From an uncultured Chloroflexia bacterium (lineage in GTDB: Bacteria; Chloroflexota; Ktedonobacteria; Ktedonobacterales; JADMIN01), in contig CAVRAI010000015.1 of assembly GCA_963718915.1 (NCBI GenBank), forward strand, positions 930,001-962,000: a stretch of DNA of 32,000 nt, in the 5' to 3' direction. This document shows, in pieces, positions 1 to 9,024 of this stretch. The notes under the pieces are model-generated. The model was given only the letters and a program-made list of their open reading frames with translations. It made no database searches and was not told the DNA's origin. How positions within the stretch are numbered: the first letter of the stretch is position 1; every line of letters begins with the position of its first letter. The position numbers and the translations under genes were made by a program.

Positions 1-855
1 CGACATGATCGAGTCAATCGTGCTCGCGGGGAAGGCGCAGCTATAGCCGCCGCATGTTGGTACCGTCCCCTGGCTGCGGTCGTAGTCCAGCACGCTCTGG
101 CCGACCTTCTGCACCATCTGTGTATCATTGGGGTTGCCGTAGAGGTCGGCGAAGGCGTTTTTCAGCACATAGATGACTGAAAACTGGTTGCCATAGCCAA
201 GCTGCCAGAAGCTCGCGTGTGGGCAGTTCTGGATATTAGAGAAATAGTTGTAGCCAGCGCGTGGCGGATAGTTCGCGCAGTTGCTGTAATTGATTCGCCC
301 GCGAATGCCCTCTGAATGCGTCCACCAGACCAGCATTTCCGGCTCGATATTCTCGTGATACCGTCGATCATAGGCAGCCGTTGCCTTATAGGCGAATGGC
401 AGCATGTAGACCAGCCGATTGAACTCCGCGCTGCCGATAGAGAGCGGATTTGACGGATAATCGAAGCCGTACTTGGCGACATAGTGAGATGGGTCAGTGA
501 AATCTGGCGCGGGCGGCGGTGTCGGCGTTGGCGCCGGGCCGCCAAAGTTCGCCAGTGCGATCCACTGGCCTGGGGCCAGTCCCGATGTCGTGAGCAGCCC
601 GGTCGTATTCACGAGCACGCCGATAAGTATGACCGCCAGCGCGAAAACGGTGAGCGCCTTGCGATGTGTGCTCAAGACATGCAATGGGCCAACAAATCGC
701 CGACTAACACGGCGCGCACTGTGCCGTACGCTGCTTTGTGATGGCTCGTTGCCGGGCACCAGAACCACATCGACCCCCGGCGGAACCTTCGGCTTTTTTT
801 TGCCAGCACGTACGACGGCACGATTCTGGCGCGCGGGCGCTGGCTCAACTTGCAT
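1..855 (-). CDS. Hypothetical membrane-anchored protein, C-terminus cut by the window edge (basic N-tail, one TM helix, Pro-rich linker, Cys/aromatic-rich extracytoplasmic domain)
   Basis: Absent from the ORF track because it runs off the left edge. My translation of the minus strand in the frame of ATG 855..853 is open to base 1: MQVEPAPARQNRAVVRAGKKKPKVPPG...HRKALTVFALAVILIGVLVNTTG...PTPTPPPAPDFTDPSHYVAKYGFDYPS...WWTHSEGIRGRINYSNCANYPPRAGY...CGGYSCAFPASTIDSIMS. Codon third positions are GC-rich like neighbouring genes. No family assigned; the SEG...WQLGYG resemblance to lysozyme-like folds is weak. Confidence 0.6.
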   Translation of the reverse strand, partial: MQVEPAPARQNRAVVRAGKKKPKVPPGVDVVLVPGNEPSQSSVRHSARRVSRRFVGPLHVLSTHRKALTVFALAVILIGVLVNTTGLLTTSGLAPGQWIALANFGGPAPTPTPPPAPDFTDPSHYVAKYGFDYPSNPLSIGSAEFNRLVYMLPFAYKATAAYDRRYHENIEPEMLVWWTHSEGIRGRINYSNCANYPPRAGYNYFSNIQNCPHASFWQLGYGNQFSVIYVLKNAFADLYGNPNDTQMVQKVGQSVLDYDRSQGTVPTCGGYSCAFPASTIDSIMS

Positions 856-1180
856 TGACTCGCGGGCACGGCGGATCAGGCCGCGCTGCGGTTTCTCTTT
901 CGTCGTATTCGTCGTATTCGTCGTGGTCATCGTAAGCGCCACGGCGGGTATCTGGTGGGCGCTGTACCGAAGACATTGTGGGCAAGGTAATCGCCGGGAT
1001 GACGACGGTCGCGCGCCTGGTGTCCTCAGGCTCGTCGTCGGGGTCGCCATAGACGCGGCCAAATTCGTCGCCGTCCCACGAGGCAAATGGAGCAAAATCA
1101 TCGGGTTCGCCGTTGCGCCGCTGCCACGAAGGTAGATCGCGTTTCTGCGGTCGCCGTCCGTTATTTTGCCCTTTGCCCAT
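845..1180 (-). CDS. Acidic, low-complexity 111-aa ORF; possibly the true N-terminus of the downstream gene 1..855
   Basis: ORF track MGKGQNNGRRPQKRDLPSWQRRNGEPDDFAPFASWDGDEFGRVYGDPDDEPEDT...DDHDEYDEYDE. Codon usage looks coding up to the DEYDEY repeat. Its last ~17 codons look non-coding, while the +1 frame (KEKPQRGLIRRARESMQVEP...) continues smoothly into 1..855. Confidence 0.4.
   Translation of the reverse strand: MGKGQNNGRRPQKRDLPSWQRRNGEPDDFAPFASWDGDEFGRVYGDPDDEPEDTRRATVVIPAITLPTMSSVQRPPDTRRGAYDDHDEYDEYDERETAARPDPPCPRVNAS
900..926. repeat. 9-bp tandem repeat tcgtcgtat x2 plus an imperfect third copy (tcgtcgtgg)
   Basis: Read directly: 900-908, 909-917 and 918-926. Encodes DEYDEYDE on the minus strand. 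Confidence 0.85.
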
Positions 1181-1300
1181 GCCTCCCAGCCTTCCTGCGC
1201 CGTCGGGACTTCTCCGTTACTTGCGCTTGCCGCCGGAAGGAAGCATATGCCTGGGACTAGCTCAACCGCAACGCGACCCCCCAAAAGGCACGACTTGGCA

Positions 1301-2215
1301 TCACACTGTCGCGGTCGCAGCGGCATAGTAGCGGCTGGCGGGCGCCATACCGCGGACACCCGCCAGATAGCGGCTGGCAGCGACAACGGCGTCCAGATCG
1401 ATTCCCGTCTCGATGCCCATGCCATGCAGCAGGTACAGCAGGTCTTCGGTCGCCAGATTACCCGACGCGCCCGGCGCATAGGGGCAGCCACCCAGTCCGC
1501 CAGACGAGCCATCGAAGATCGTGACGCCAAGCTCCAGCGCGGCCAGCACATTGGCCAGCGCCGTGCCCCGTGTATCGTGGAAGTGCATCGCCAGCCGGTC
1601 GAGGCTTGTCACCTCTCGTAGCGCGCCGACGACATCGCCCACCTGATTCGGCGTCGCCACACCGATGGTATCACCTATCGAGAGTTCGTCCACGCCCAGC
1701 GCCACCAACTCGCGCGCGACCCGAGCCACCGCCTCCGGCGCCACCACGCCCTCGTAGGGGCAGCCGAACGCCGTCGAGATGTAGCCGCGCACGCGCAAGC
1801 CCGCCTGGCGCGCCATATCCACCACCGGGCGGAAGTTGGCGATGCTGCCCGCGATGGAGGTGCGGATGTTGTGCTGGACAAACGTCTCCGACGCGCCAGT
1901 GAAGACAGCTATCTCGTCCACTTTTGCGGTCAGCGCGCGCTCCATCCCCTTCTCGTTGGGCACGAGCACGGTGTAGCGGGTTCCTGGCTGCCGCGTGATG
2001 CCAGCCATCACCTCGCTCGCGTCGGCCAGTTGTGGGATCGCCTTCGGGCTGACGAACGAGGTAGCCTCGACGACAGAGAAGCCTGCCGCGCTGAGCATGT
2101 CGATAAACGCGATCTTCGCCTCAGTGGGAATGACGCCCTTCTCGTTTTGCAATCCGTCGCGTGGGCCAACCTCCACCACCGTGACATGCTTCGGCATATT
2201 GTTCTTGGTTGCCAT
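1301..2215 (-). CDS. hmgL: Hydroxymethylglutaryl-CoA lyase
   Basis: 304 aa. VEVGPRDGLQNE near the N-terminus, MHFHDTRGTALAN and GGLGGCPYAPGASGN are the HMGL-like DRE-TIM lyase signatures. Sits 5 nt downstream of the carboxylase gene. Confidence 0.92.
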   Translation of the reverse strand: MATKNNMPKHVTVVEVGPRDGLQNEKGVIPTEAKIAFIDMLSAAGFSVVEATSFVSPKAIPQLADASEVMAGITRQPGTRYTVLVPNEKGMERALTAKVDEIAVFTGASETFVQHNIRTSIAGSIANFRPVVDMARQAGLRVRGYISTAFGCPYEGVVAPEAVARVARELVALGVDELSIGDTIGVATPNQVGDVVGALREVTSLDRLAMHFHDTRGTALANVLAALELGVTIFDGSSGGLGGCPYAPGASGNLATEDLLYLLHGMGIETGIDLDAVVAASRYLAGVRGMAPASRYYAAATATV

Positions 2216-2220
2216 ACTCG

Positions 2221-4242
2221 TTATTCCTTTGCCGCTTCCAGTTCAACCAGCACCTCGCCCCCCGGCACGACATCGCCAGCGGCGTAGCGCACGCTGCGCA
2301 CGTGGCCCGCGTATGGCGCGACGATGGCATGCTCCATCTTCATCGCGCCCAGCACCACCAGTGTCTGCTGAGCCGAGACCGCATCGCCCTCCGCGACATT
2401 CACCTTGATGATCGTGCCAGCCATTGGGGCGACCAGCGATTGTGCGCCGGAGGCGTCGTCGCCGTGATGTGCCGCGCGCTCTACCGTCAGCGGACGCGGG
2501 CGGGCGAGCGAATAGCTCGTGCCGTGGGCGCTCACCAGCACATCATAGCCGCGCCGGGCCAGAAAGTAGTTTTCCTGTCTGCCGCCAACGCTCAGCGTAA
2601 GCCGATTCGCAGCCGCATCCAATCGCGCGGTGATAGGCGCATTCTCGGCGAAAGGCGTGTCGTCCACGTTGAGAAGATAGCCTGAGCCATCCGCAGCGGA
2701 TGTCAGCGTCACGACGTGATCGTCTGCGCCAACGCTATAACGGAAGCGCCGGACTCCACTGCCAGCGGAGCCATTCATCCCCGCGCGCGACCAGGGGTTG
2801 AACGGCCGCCCATTCTCGGACTGTTTCGGCGTGGCCAGCGTTTCCCAGAGCGCCGCCGCCGCCAGTATCGCGGGCGTGGCAGGAATGGCGTGCGTCGCCG
2901 CGCTCATGTCGTGGGTCTCCAGGAAAGCGGTGGTCGCGTTGCCCGCCTGAAAGTCGGCGTCGTCGGCGATGGCGCGCAGCAGCCGAATGTTGGTCGCGAC
3001 GCCCAGCACCGCGAAGGCATCCAGCGCGGCCCGCAATCGCTCGATGGCCGACCGACGATTCTCGGCGGCGACGATCAGCTTCGCCAGCATCGGATCGTAG
3101 TGAACCGAGACCTCGCTGCCTGCGGTGATGCCCGTATCCACGCGAACCCCAGGCGCGCGCGGCGGCTCGAAGACCAGCACCTCGCCGGTCGAGGGCAGGT
3201 AGCCGTTGGCGGGGTCTTCGGCGTAGAGGCGCACCTCGATGGCATGCCCGCGCGGTGTCATCGCTTCCTGTGCCAGCCCCAGTGGCTCGCCCGCGGCGAT
3301 ACGCAACTGGTGGCGTACAAGGTCCAGCCCCGTCACCGATTCGGTCACCGGATGCTCCACCTGGAGACGAGTGTTCATCTCAAGAAAGTAGAAAGCGCCG
3401 TCCGTATCCAGCAGAAACTCGCAGGTGCCCGCGTTGACGTAGCCCGCGGCTCGCGCCGCCCGCACGGCAGCCTCGCCCATCGTCGCCCGCAGTTCAGGTG
3501 TGAGCGCAGGCGAGGGGCTTTCTTCTACCACCTTCTGGTGGCGTCGCTGAATCGAACAGTCGCGCTCGCCCAGATGGATGACATTGCCGTGGGTATCGGC
3601 GAGAATCTGGAACTCAACATGACGTGGCGCGATAACCAGTTTTTCGAGAAAGACGCTATCGTCGCCGAACGCCGCCAATGCCTCGCGCTGCGCCGACGCC
3701 AACGCCTCCGCGAACTCCGCCGCCGACTGGACGACGCGCATCCCCTTGCCGCCGCCGCCCGCCGCCGCCTTCAGCATCACGGGATAGCCAATGCGCGTCG
3801 CCTCACGCTCCAGCTTGCGCGCGTCGCGGGCATCGCCCATGTAGCCGGGAACGGTTGGCACGCCCGCCTGCACGACCGCGCGTTTCGCCGCCGTCTTCGA
3901 CCCCATCAGGCGTATCGCCTCGGGTGGTGGTCCAATGAAGACGATCCCCGCGCGGGCGCACGCCTCAGCAAAGTCAGCATTCTCGGAGAGGAAGCCGTAG
4001 CCGGGGTGAATCGCCTCCGCGCCGTGGTCGCGCGCCACGCGCAAGATTGCCTCGATGTTGAGATAACTCTCGCGGGCGGGCGCTGGGCCGAGCAGCCACG
4101 CCTCGTCGGCCAGCCGCACATGGAGGGCGTCGCGGTCAGCCTCGGAGTAGACGGCCATCGAGCGGATGTCCATCTCGCGACAGGCGGCGATGACACGCAC
4201 GGCAATCTCGCCGCGATTGGCGATGAGGACTGAGTTAAACAT
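2221..4242 (-). CDS. mccA: Methylcrotonyl-CoA carboxylase alpha subunit (biotin carboxylase plus C-terminal biotinyl carrier domain)
   Basis: Homology starts at MFNSVLIANRGEIAVRVIAACREM (internal Met of the 701-aa track ORF). ATP-grasp GGGGKGMR and C-terminal biotinylation motif LGAMKMEH are present. The MCC assignment rests on the flanking hydratase and HMG-CoA lyase. The ATG overlaps the upstream stop (ATGTTTAA, 8 nt). Confidence 0.85.
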   Translation of the reverse strand: MFNSVLIANRGEIAVRVIAACREMDIRSMAVYSEADRDALHVRLADEAWLLGPAPARESYLNIEAILRVARDHGAEAIHPGYGFLSENADFAEACARAGIVFIGPPPEAIRLMGSKTAAKRAVVQAGVPTVPGYMGDARDARKLEREATRIGYPVMLKAAAGGGGKGMRVVQSAAEFAEALASAQREALAAFGDDSVFLEKLVIAPRHVEFQILADTHGNVIHLGERDCSIQRRHQKVVEESPSPALTPELRATMGEAAVRAARAAGYVNAGTCEFLLDTDGAFYFLEMNTRLQVEHPVTESVTGLDLVRHQLRIAAGEPLGLAQEAMTPRGHAIEVRLYAEDPANGYLPSTGEVLVFEPPRAPGVRVDTGITAGSEVSVHYDPMLAKLIVAAENRRSAIERLRAALDAFAVLGVATNIRLLRAIADDADFQAGNATTAFLETHDMSAATHAIPATPAILAAAALWETLATPKQSENGRPFNPWSRAGMNGSAGSGVRRFRYSVGADDHVVTLTSAADGSGYLLNVDDTPFAENAPITARLDAAANRLTLSVGGRQENYFLARRGYDVLVSAHGTSYSLARPRPLTVERAAHHGDDASGAQSLVAPMAGTIIKVNVAEGDAVSAQQTLVVLGAMKMEHAIVAPYAGHVRSVRYAAGDVVPGGEVLVELEAAKE

Positions 4243-5062
4243 CGCTACGCACCCATGAAGCGCGGCGCTTCTCCAGGAAGGCGCGGATGCCCTCCTGCCC
4301 CTCTGGACTGACCCGCAGGTCGGCAATCGTCGCGGCAGTCATGGCGCGCGCCTCATCGCGGCTGAGATCGAGGATGTCTCGGGCCAGCAATTTGGCCGCA
4401 CGCACGCCAGCAGGTCCGTTCTGCCCGATATCTCTAAGTGTTGCGGTGACGGCGTTGTCCAGTTCATCGGCGGGCGCAATCTTGTGGACGAGGCCGATTG
4501 CCAGGGCGCGTTGCGCGTCGAACCGCTCCGCTGTCACAAAGAGCGCTCGCGCCGCTCCCACGCCAATCTTGGGCACGACGAACTGCGAAATGACGGCTGG
4601 TGTGATGCCCAGTCGCGGCTCGGTGAAGCCGAAGCGGGCATCTTCGGCGGCAATGACAATATCGCAGACGGCCGCCAGCCCGGAGCCACCGCCAAGCGCC
4701 GCACCCTGGATTCGTCCGATCACTGGATGGCGACAACGGTCAATCGCTCGGAACATATCCGACATGCGTAGCGCGTCCTCGACGTTCTCGTCGCGCGTAT
4801 AGGCGAGGCTGGCGCCCATCCAGTTGAGGTCGGCGCCAGCGCAGAAGTTGCGGCCCTCGCCCGCCAGCACAATGGCGCCAAGCGTGTCGTCGCCGCTCAG
4901 GATGTCGAAGGCGGCGTGTAGCTCGGCAATCAGTTCGGCGTTGAAAGCGTTGTGTACTGCGGGGCGTGCGAGCGTCACCCAGACCGAGAAACCCCGCCGC
5001 TCGACCCGGAGATGCTGGTAGCTACCTGATTCAGCCCGATGAGCCTTGTCAGCCATATTCAT
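4235..5062 (-). CDS. Enoyl-CoA hydratase/isomerase (crotonase) family; methylglutaconyl-CoA hydratase by context
   Basis: 275 aa. VTLARPAVHNAFN...GEGRNFCAGADLNWM...GAALGGGSGLAAVCD is the crotonase fold. GAGGAGG Shine-Dalgarno lies 4 nt before the ATG. Confidence 0.85.
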   Translation of the reverse strand: MNMADKAHRAESGSYQHLRVERRGFSVWVTLARPAVHNAFNAELIAELHAAFDILSGDDTLGAIVLAGEGRNFCAGADLNWMGASLAYTRDENVEDALRMSDMFRAIDRCRHPVIGRIQGAALGGGSGLAAVCDIVIAAEDARFGFTEPRLGITPAVISQFVVPKIGVGAARALFVTAERFDAQRALAIGLVHKIAPADELDNAVTATLRDIGQNGPAGVRAAKLLARDILDLSRDEARAMTAATIADLRVSPEGQEGIRAFLEKRRASWVRSDV

Positions 5063-5095
5063 GCGCCTCCTCGCGCCGCCCCGGCGTTATGAACG

Positions 5096-5123
5096 GCCAT
5101 ACGCCGGGCGATCACTGTGTCAA
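5096..5123 (-). promoter_or_regulatory. Candidate sigma70-type promoter for the hydratase-carboxylase-lyase operon
   Basis: Minus strand TTGACA (5123..5118), N16, TATGGC (5101..5096), about 35 nt upstream of the ATG at 5062. An imperfect hairpin ggcgttatg/catacgcc overlaps the -10 region. Confidence 0.3.
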
Positions 5124-5155
5124 GGACGAGAGCGCGGCTGCGGCCAGTGAGCTGG

Positions 5156-5860
5156 CTATGCCGCGCCCTTGCGCCCGAACGCGATTGGACTGAAATTCGT
5201 GTTGGTATCGAAGTGATCGAATCCCTCAGCCCGCTTGAGCCGGTTGACGATCAGATAGGTCAGCGGTGTCGCGGCCACCTCATAGAGCACCTTGATAGCC
5301 CATTGCGTCAGAATCGCTGTTATGAGCTGCGATGGCTTGAGTATGCCCGTCACGCCGAACGCCAGCGTAATGAATACGATGGTATCGGCTCCCTCGCCGA
5401 CGAGGGTCGAGCCGATGGTGCGTGTCCAGAGCCAGCGTCCGCCGGTCGCGATCTTCAACCTGGCCAGCACGAACGAGTTGAGAAACTCGCCCAGAAGATA
5501 AGCGCAAAATGAGGCAATCAGCAACTGTGGTGTTTGGCCGAGAATATCATGATATGATTGCGGGCTGGCGCCGAACGGCTCGCCGGGCAAGGCGCCCGCC
5601 AGCAGAAACGCCGCCACGGCAATCAGATTGCAGAAGAAGCCGAGCCAGATAACGCGCCGCGCCGCCGCATAGCCATAGACCTCCGTCAACACGTCGCCGA
5701 AGAGGTAGCTGAGCGGAAAGATAACCACGCCCGCTGGGGCGAAGAGGCCGAATGGCAGCGCCAGAATCTTGACCGCGATGATGTTCGCCGCAATCAAACA
5801 GGTGACAAAGAGAGCGGCCAGCACCACATACCAGCCCGAAAAGCCGCGTTTCGTGTCCAC
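5156..5860 (-). CDS. yhhQ: Queuosine-precursor (preQ0/preQ1) transporter, YhhQ/VUT family
   Basis: 234 aa, GTG start, polytopic membrane protein. FPLSYLFGDVLTEVYGY and WTRTIGSTLVGEGADTIVF match YhhQ-family motifs as I remember them. Confidence 0.8.
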   Translation of the reverse strand: MDTKRGFSGWYVVLAALFVTCLIAANIIAVKILALPFGLFAPAGVVIFPLSYLFGDVLTEVYGYAAARRVIWLGFFCNLIAVAAFLLAGALPGEPFGASPQSYHDILGQTPQLLIASFCAYLLGEFLNSFVLARLKIATGGRWLWTRTIGSTLVGEGADTIVFITLAFGVTGILKPSQLITAILTQWAIKVLYEVAATPLTYLIVNRLKRAEGFDHFDTNTNFSPIAFGRKGAA

Positions 5861-6050
5861 GAATGCATACCCTTCCCATTATTGCGGCATTCGCGCTGCA
5901 CAAGCGCGCGCCCGCGGCCCACGGAGGGCCACTTAGCAGTATGCGTTATCTGCCGCTTGCCGGTCAACCACAGGGGTGCGCCTGCGTGTACAATGTCCTA
6001 AAAGGGCGCTGGGCGCGTTAATGCGCTACTGTCGCGAAAGAGGGCTGCAC

Positions 6051-6872
6051 ATGACTCGCATCGTCGTCACCAGTGACCTACATCTGGGCATCACCACCGA
6101 AGAGGAGCTGCGCGCGCTCGCGGAGCGGATTACCGCCGAGCAGCCCGACCTGACGGTTCTCGCGGGTGACATCGGCGAGGGGCTGGTGAATGTGCGTGAC
6201 TGCCTGCGGCTCTTCGAGCATCTGCCGGGACAGGTTGCCGTGCTGATGGGCAACCACGATCTGTGGGGGCGCGGCAACGATAGCCAGGAGTTGTGGGACA
6301 GGCTACTGCCAGAGGCTGTACGCGACGCGGGTATGATCTGGCTGGAAGATACTATATGGCGCGACGATGGCGTCGCGGTCGTCGGCTCAATGGCCTGGTA
6401 TGACTACACCGCCGTCGATCCAATCGTGCCGCCGCAGACGCCGGAGTGGTTCGCCGAGTATAAGGGGCGATACAACTACGACGCCCACTATATCAACTGG
6501 CAGTGGTCCGATCCAGCGTTTGCGCAGGTGCTTGGCGATGCGCTGGTCGAACGCATGCGGACGCTCGAAGATGATCCCGGTGTGGCGGTTGTGCTGGTCG
6601 TGACGCATGTCCCGCTCTATCGTGTCCAGATGTTTTATAAGCCGGGAGACCTGCGCTGGGGCACTGGTAGCGCCTACTTCGGCAACATGACGCTTGGCGA
6701 ACGGCTACTCCCGATGCGTAAGCTACGGCGCGTCATCAGCGGGCACACACACATTGGCCGCGAGGGCGCCGTCGAACGCCCCGGACTGCCGCCGCTGCCG
6801 GTATCGGTGCTGGCCAGTGACTATAACGATCCGGTTTATCTGACGGTGGAATCGAACGACCTGAAGGCATAA
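6051..6872 (+). CDS. Calcineurin-like metallophosphoesterase
   Basis: MTRIVVTSDLHLG...LAGDIGE...GNHDLW...VTHVP...GHTH are the metallophosphoesterase motifs. ATG 6051 is preceded by gaaagaggg; the track's upstream extension from 5976 has no support. Confidence 0.8.
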   Translation: MTRIVVTSDLHLGITTEEELRALAERITAEQPDLTVLAGDIGEGLVNVRDCLRLFEHLPGQVAVLMGNHDLWGRGNDSQELWDRLLPEAVRDAGMIWLEDTIWRDDGVAVVGSMAWYDYTAVDPIVPPQTPEWFAEYKGRYNYDAHYINWQWSDPAFAQVLGDALVERMRTLEDDPGVAVVLVVTHVPLYRVQMFYKPGDLRWGTGSAYFGNMTLGERLLPMRKLRRVISGHTHIGREGAVERPGLPPLPVSVLASDYNDPVYLTVESNDLKA

Positions 6873-6916
6873 CAGTCAGCTCATGCTGAGAGACTATAGG
6901 GTGGAGGGCGAAATCT

Positions 6917-8056
6917 GTGGCACAACAGCGCGTGGTGATCGTCGGCGGTGGCGTAATGGGTCTGGCGACAGGATGCACGCTGGCGGCGCAGCCCGATATC
7001 GAAGTGACGGTCCTCGAACGCTTTCGAGTGGGACACGAGTGGGCCTCGTCGCATGGTCTGACGCGCGCGATCCGCCACGAATATGGCGATGCCGCCGTCT
7101 ACACTACCATGGTCGCGAACAGTCTGCTCCTGTGGAAAGAGCTGGCGGGCGAGACCGGCCGTACACTCTACACCGAGACAGGTGTGCTGAGCTTTGGCCA
7201 GGCCGACGATGGTCACACGCTCCCAGGGCTTGACATGATGCGGGCGCTCAAATTGCCAGCCGAACGGTTGACCGCCGCCGAGTGTCGCGAACGCTTCCCG
7301 CAGTTTCGGCCAGACGAGTACGACGCGATCACCTGGAATCCAGTGGGTGGGATGCTGCATGCTTCGGAGTGTCTGATCGCGCTCAGCGAGCGGCTGCAAT
7401 CGCGTGGCGGCATACTCCGTGAGGGCGCGCAGGTGATGCGCGTCGAGCCGGAGGGCGATGGTGGCCGTGTGACGCTGGCGGACGGCACGCAGCTGACGGC
7501 TGATCGCGTGATCGTGACGGCGGGGCCATGGGTGCACGACGTGCTGCCTGAGTTAGCGTTGCCAGTTCGGCCAACACGCCAGCAAGTCTGCTACTTTTCC
7601 GGCTTGCGGCGTCCGGAGATGTTTGCTGTGGGCAGATTCCCGGTCTTTCTGGTCGGCATGAACCAGTATGGCTTCCCGCTGCACGGGCCGGGCTGGATCA
7701 AAGTTGGGCTGCACGCGTTCGGCGAGACGGCCGAGCCTAATGTGGGCTATGAGCCAGACATGCAAGAAGTAGAGGCGGTGCGCGATTTCCTGCGCCGTGT
7801 CATCCCCGATGCCGCTGAGGCCAGGCTCGAACTGGTGGATCGCTGTATGTATGATGTGACGCCGGATGAGGACTTCATTCTCGACAGACATCCGGGAGGC
7901 GGCGGCGTCATTGTGGGTAGCGGATTTTCTGGCCACGGCTTCAAGTTTGGCATCCTGATTGGGGAGATGCTCGCTGCGCTGGCGCTCGCTGCGGATGTGG
8001 AGGCGCCTGCTCCGTGGGAGCGTTTCCGGCTTGACCGCTTTACCGGTCGCTCGTGA
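6917..8056 (+). CDS. FAD-dependent oxidoreductase, monomeric sarcosine oxidase / N-methyltryptophan oxidase-like (DAO family)
   Basis: GTG start after ggtggaggg. VVIVGGGVMGLATG dinucleotide-binding motif. RCMYDVTPDEDFILD contains a Cys at the position of the covalent-FAD Cys of MSOX, and GFSGHGFKF is present. Confidence 0.8.
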   Translation: MAQQRVVIVGGGVMGLATGCTLAAQPDIEVTVLERFRVGHEWASSHGLTRAIRHEYGDAAVYTTMVANSLLLWKELAGETGRTLYTETGVLSFGQADDGHTLPGLDMMRALKLPAERLTAAECRERFPQFRPDEYDAITWNPVGGMLHASECLIALSERLQSRGGILREGAQVMRVEPEGDGGRVTLADGTQLTADRVIVTAGPWVHDVLPELALPVRPTRQQVCYFSGLRRPEMFAVGRFPVFLVGMNQYGFPLHGPGWIKVGLHAFGETAEPNVGYEPDMQEVEAVRDFLRRVIPDAAEARLELVDRCMYDVTPDEDFILDRHPGGGGVIVGSGFSGHGFKFGILIGEMLAALALAADVEAPAPWERFRLDRFTGRS

Positions 8057-8078
8057 GAACAGACATCCTGTGTCATCG

Positions 8079-8108
8079 TTGACACTGCCGCTGTTGCCTC
8101 GGTACCAT
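8079..8108 (+). promoter_or_regulatory. Candidate promoter for nadK-recN
   Basis: Perfect -35 TTGACA (8079-8084), N18, TACCAT (8103-8108), about 40 nt before the nadK start and its GGGGGAG Shine-Dalgarno. Confidence 0.4.
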
Positions 8109-8149
8109 GATACAGGTGAGGAATTGGCTTTCTTCCAGGGGGAGCTTTC

Positions 8150-9016
8150 GTGATGAACACAAGCGGGCGTCAGATGGCGCAGACCGTCGGCATCCTGTAT
8201 CAGGAACATTCCGAGGGCGCTGGTGAGCTGGCGAAGACTCTGGCCGCGCGCCTGCGGGCTGAGGGGCGCGCCGTCTGGCAGGAGGCGCTGCAACGGCACG
8301 ACGCGCAGGTGAATGACCAGCTTGTCGGAACGGATATCGTGCTAGTGCTTGGCGGCGATGGCTCTCTGCTCTCCGCCGCCCGTATGTGCGCTGAGGCGAG
8401 CATTCCGCTGCTCGGCATCAATTTTGGCCGGGTCGGCTTTCTGACCGAACTGGAACCGGGCGAAGTTGACGAGAAGTTGCCATTCTATTTCAACGGCGAC
8501 TATTGGATCGACGAGCGAGCGATGCTCCAGGCGGAGGTGGATGCGGGCGATATCCAGCACCGCTTCATCGCGCTCAATGATATGGTGGTGGTGCGAGGCG
8601 CGTTGCCGCGGGTCATTCGCATGAAAGTATGGCTCGACGGCCATTTCTACAACACGACGGTGGCCGATGGTATCATCGTCTCCACCGCCACCGGGTCAAC
8701 CGCCTATAATCTCGCCGCTGGCGGGCCGATTCTCCATCCGCAGGTACGCAGCAGCGTGCTGACACCCATCGCGCCGCATCTGGCGACAGACCGATCGCTG
8801 ATTCTGGAACCGAATGCCGTCACCACCCTGGAGCTGCAGCCCGGATCCGACGGAGCGATTCTCTCTGCGGATGGCCAGATCAACCTGACGCTGAATGTTG
8901 GCGCGCAGGTGACGATTCGCAGTTCTCAATACGTCACGCGCTTTCTGCGGCGGCGCCCTCCGACCTATTTCTACCGCATTTTGTCGGCGAAATTGCAGGA
9001 TAACCTCTCAGGATAG
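8150..9016 (+). CDS. nadK: NAD+ kinase
   Basis: 288 aa. VLVLGGDGSLL, NFGRVGFLTE, NDMVV and STATGSTAYNLAAGGPILHP are canonical NadK motifs. The start is GTG 8150 or ATG 8153. Confidence 0.93.
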   Translation: MMNTSGRQMAQTVGILYQEHSEGAGELAKTLAARLRAEGRAVWQEALQRHDAQVNDQLVGTDIVLVLGGDGSLLSAARMCAEASIPLLGINFGRVGFLTELEPGEVDEKLPFYFNGDYWIDERAMLQAEVDAGDIQHRFIALNDMVVVRGALPRVIRMKVWLDGHFYNTTVADGIIVSTATGSTAYNLAAGGPILHPQVRSSVLTPIAPHLATDRSLILEPNAVTTLELQPGSDGAILSADGQINLTLNVGAQVTIRSSQYVTRFLRRRPPTYFYRILSAKLQDNLSG

Positions 9017-9024
9017 CGACGGAT

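Noticed and set aside
900-926. Tandem repeats (also 26118..26142) as CRISPR-like arrays
   Set aside because: Only 2-3 contiguous copies of 9-11 bp are present, with no spacers and no cas genes. These are not CRISPR arrays.
2716-4233. 505-aa plus-strand ORF
   Set aside because: It is entirely antisense to the well-supported carboxylase alpha gene. It is Arg/Gly/Pro/His-rich with no recognisable motif, the typical shadow ORF of high-GC DNA. The same applies to 497..1135(+), 1166..1621(+), 6881..7537(-), 7553..8299(-), 15011..15745(+), 25244..25942(+) and 31109..31783(+).
5861-5975. Possible preQ1 riboswitch upstream of the yhhQ-like transporter
   Set aside because: YhhQ genes are often preQ1-riboswitch controlled, so I looked. 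The leader has a small hairpin (cgcgc-ttgtgca-gcgcg). I could not find the short-stem plus A-rich-tail pseudoknot pattern of preQ1-I or anything resembling preQ1-II/III. A covariance-model scan (Rfam) would be decisive.
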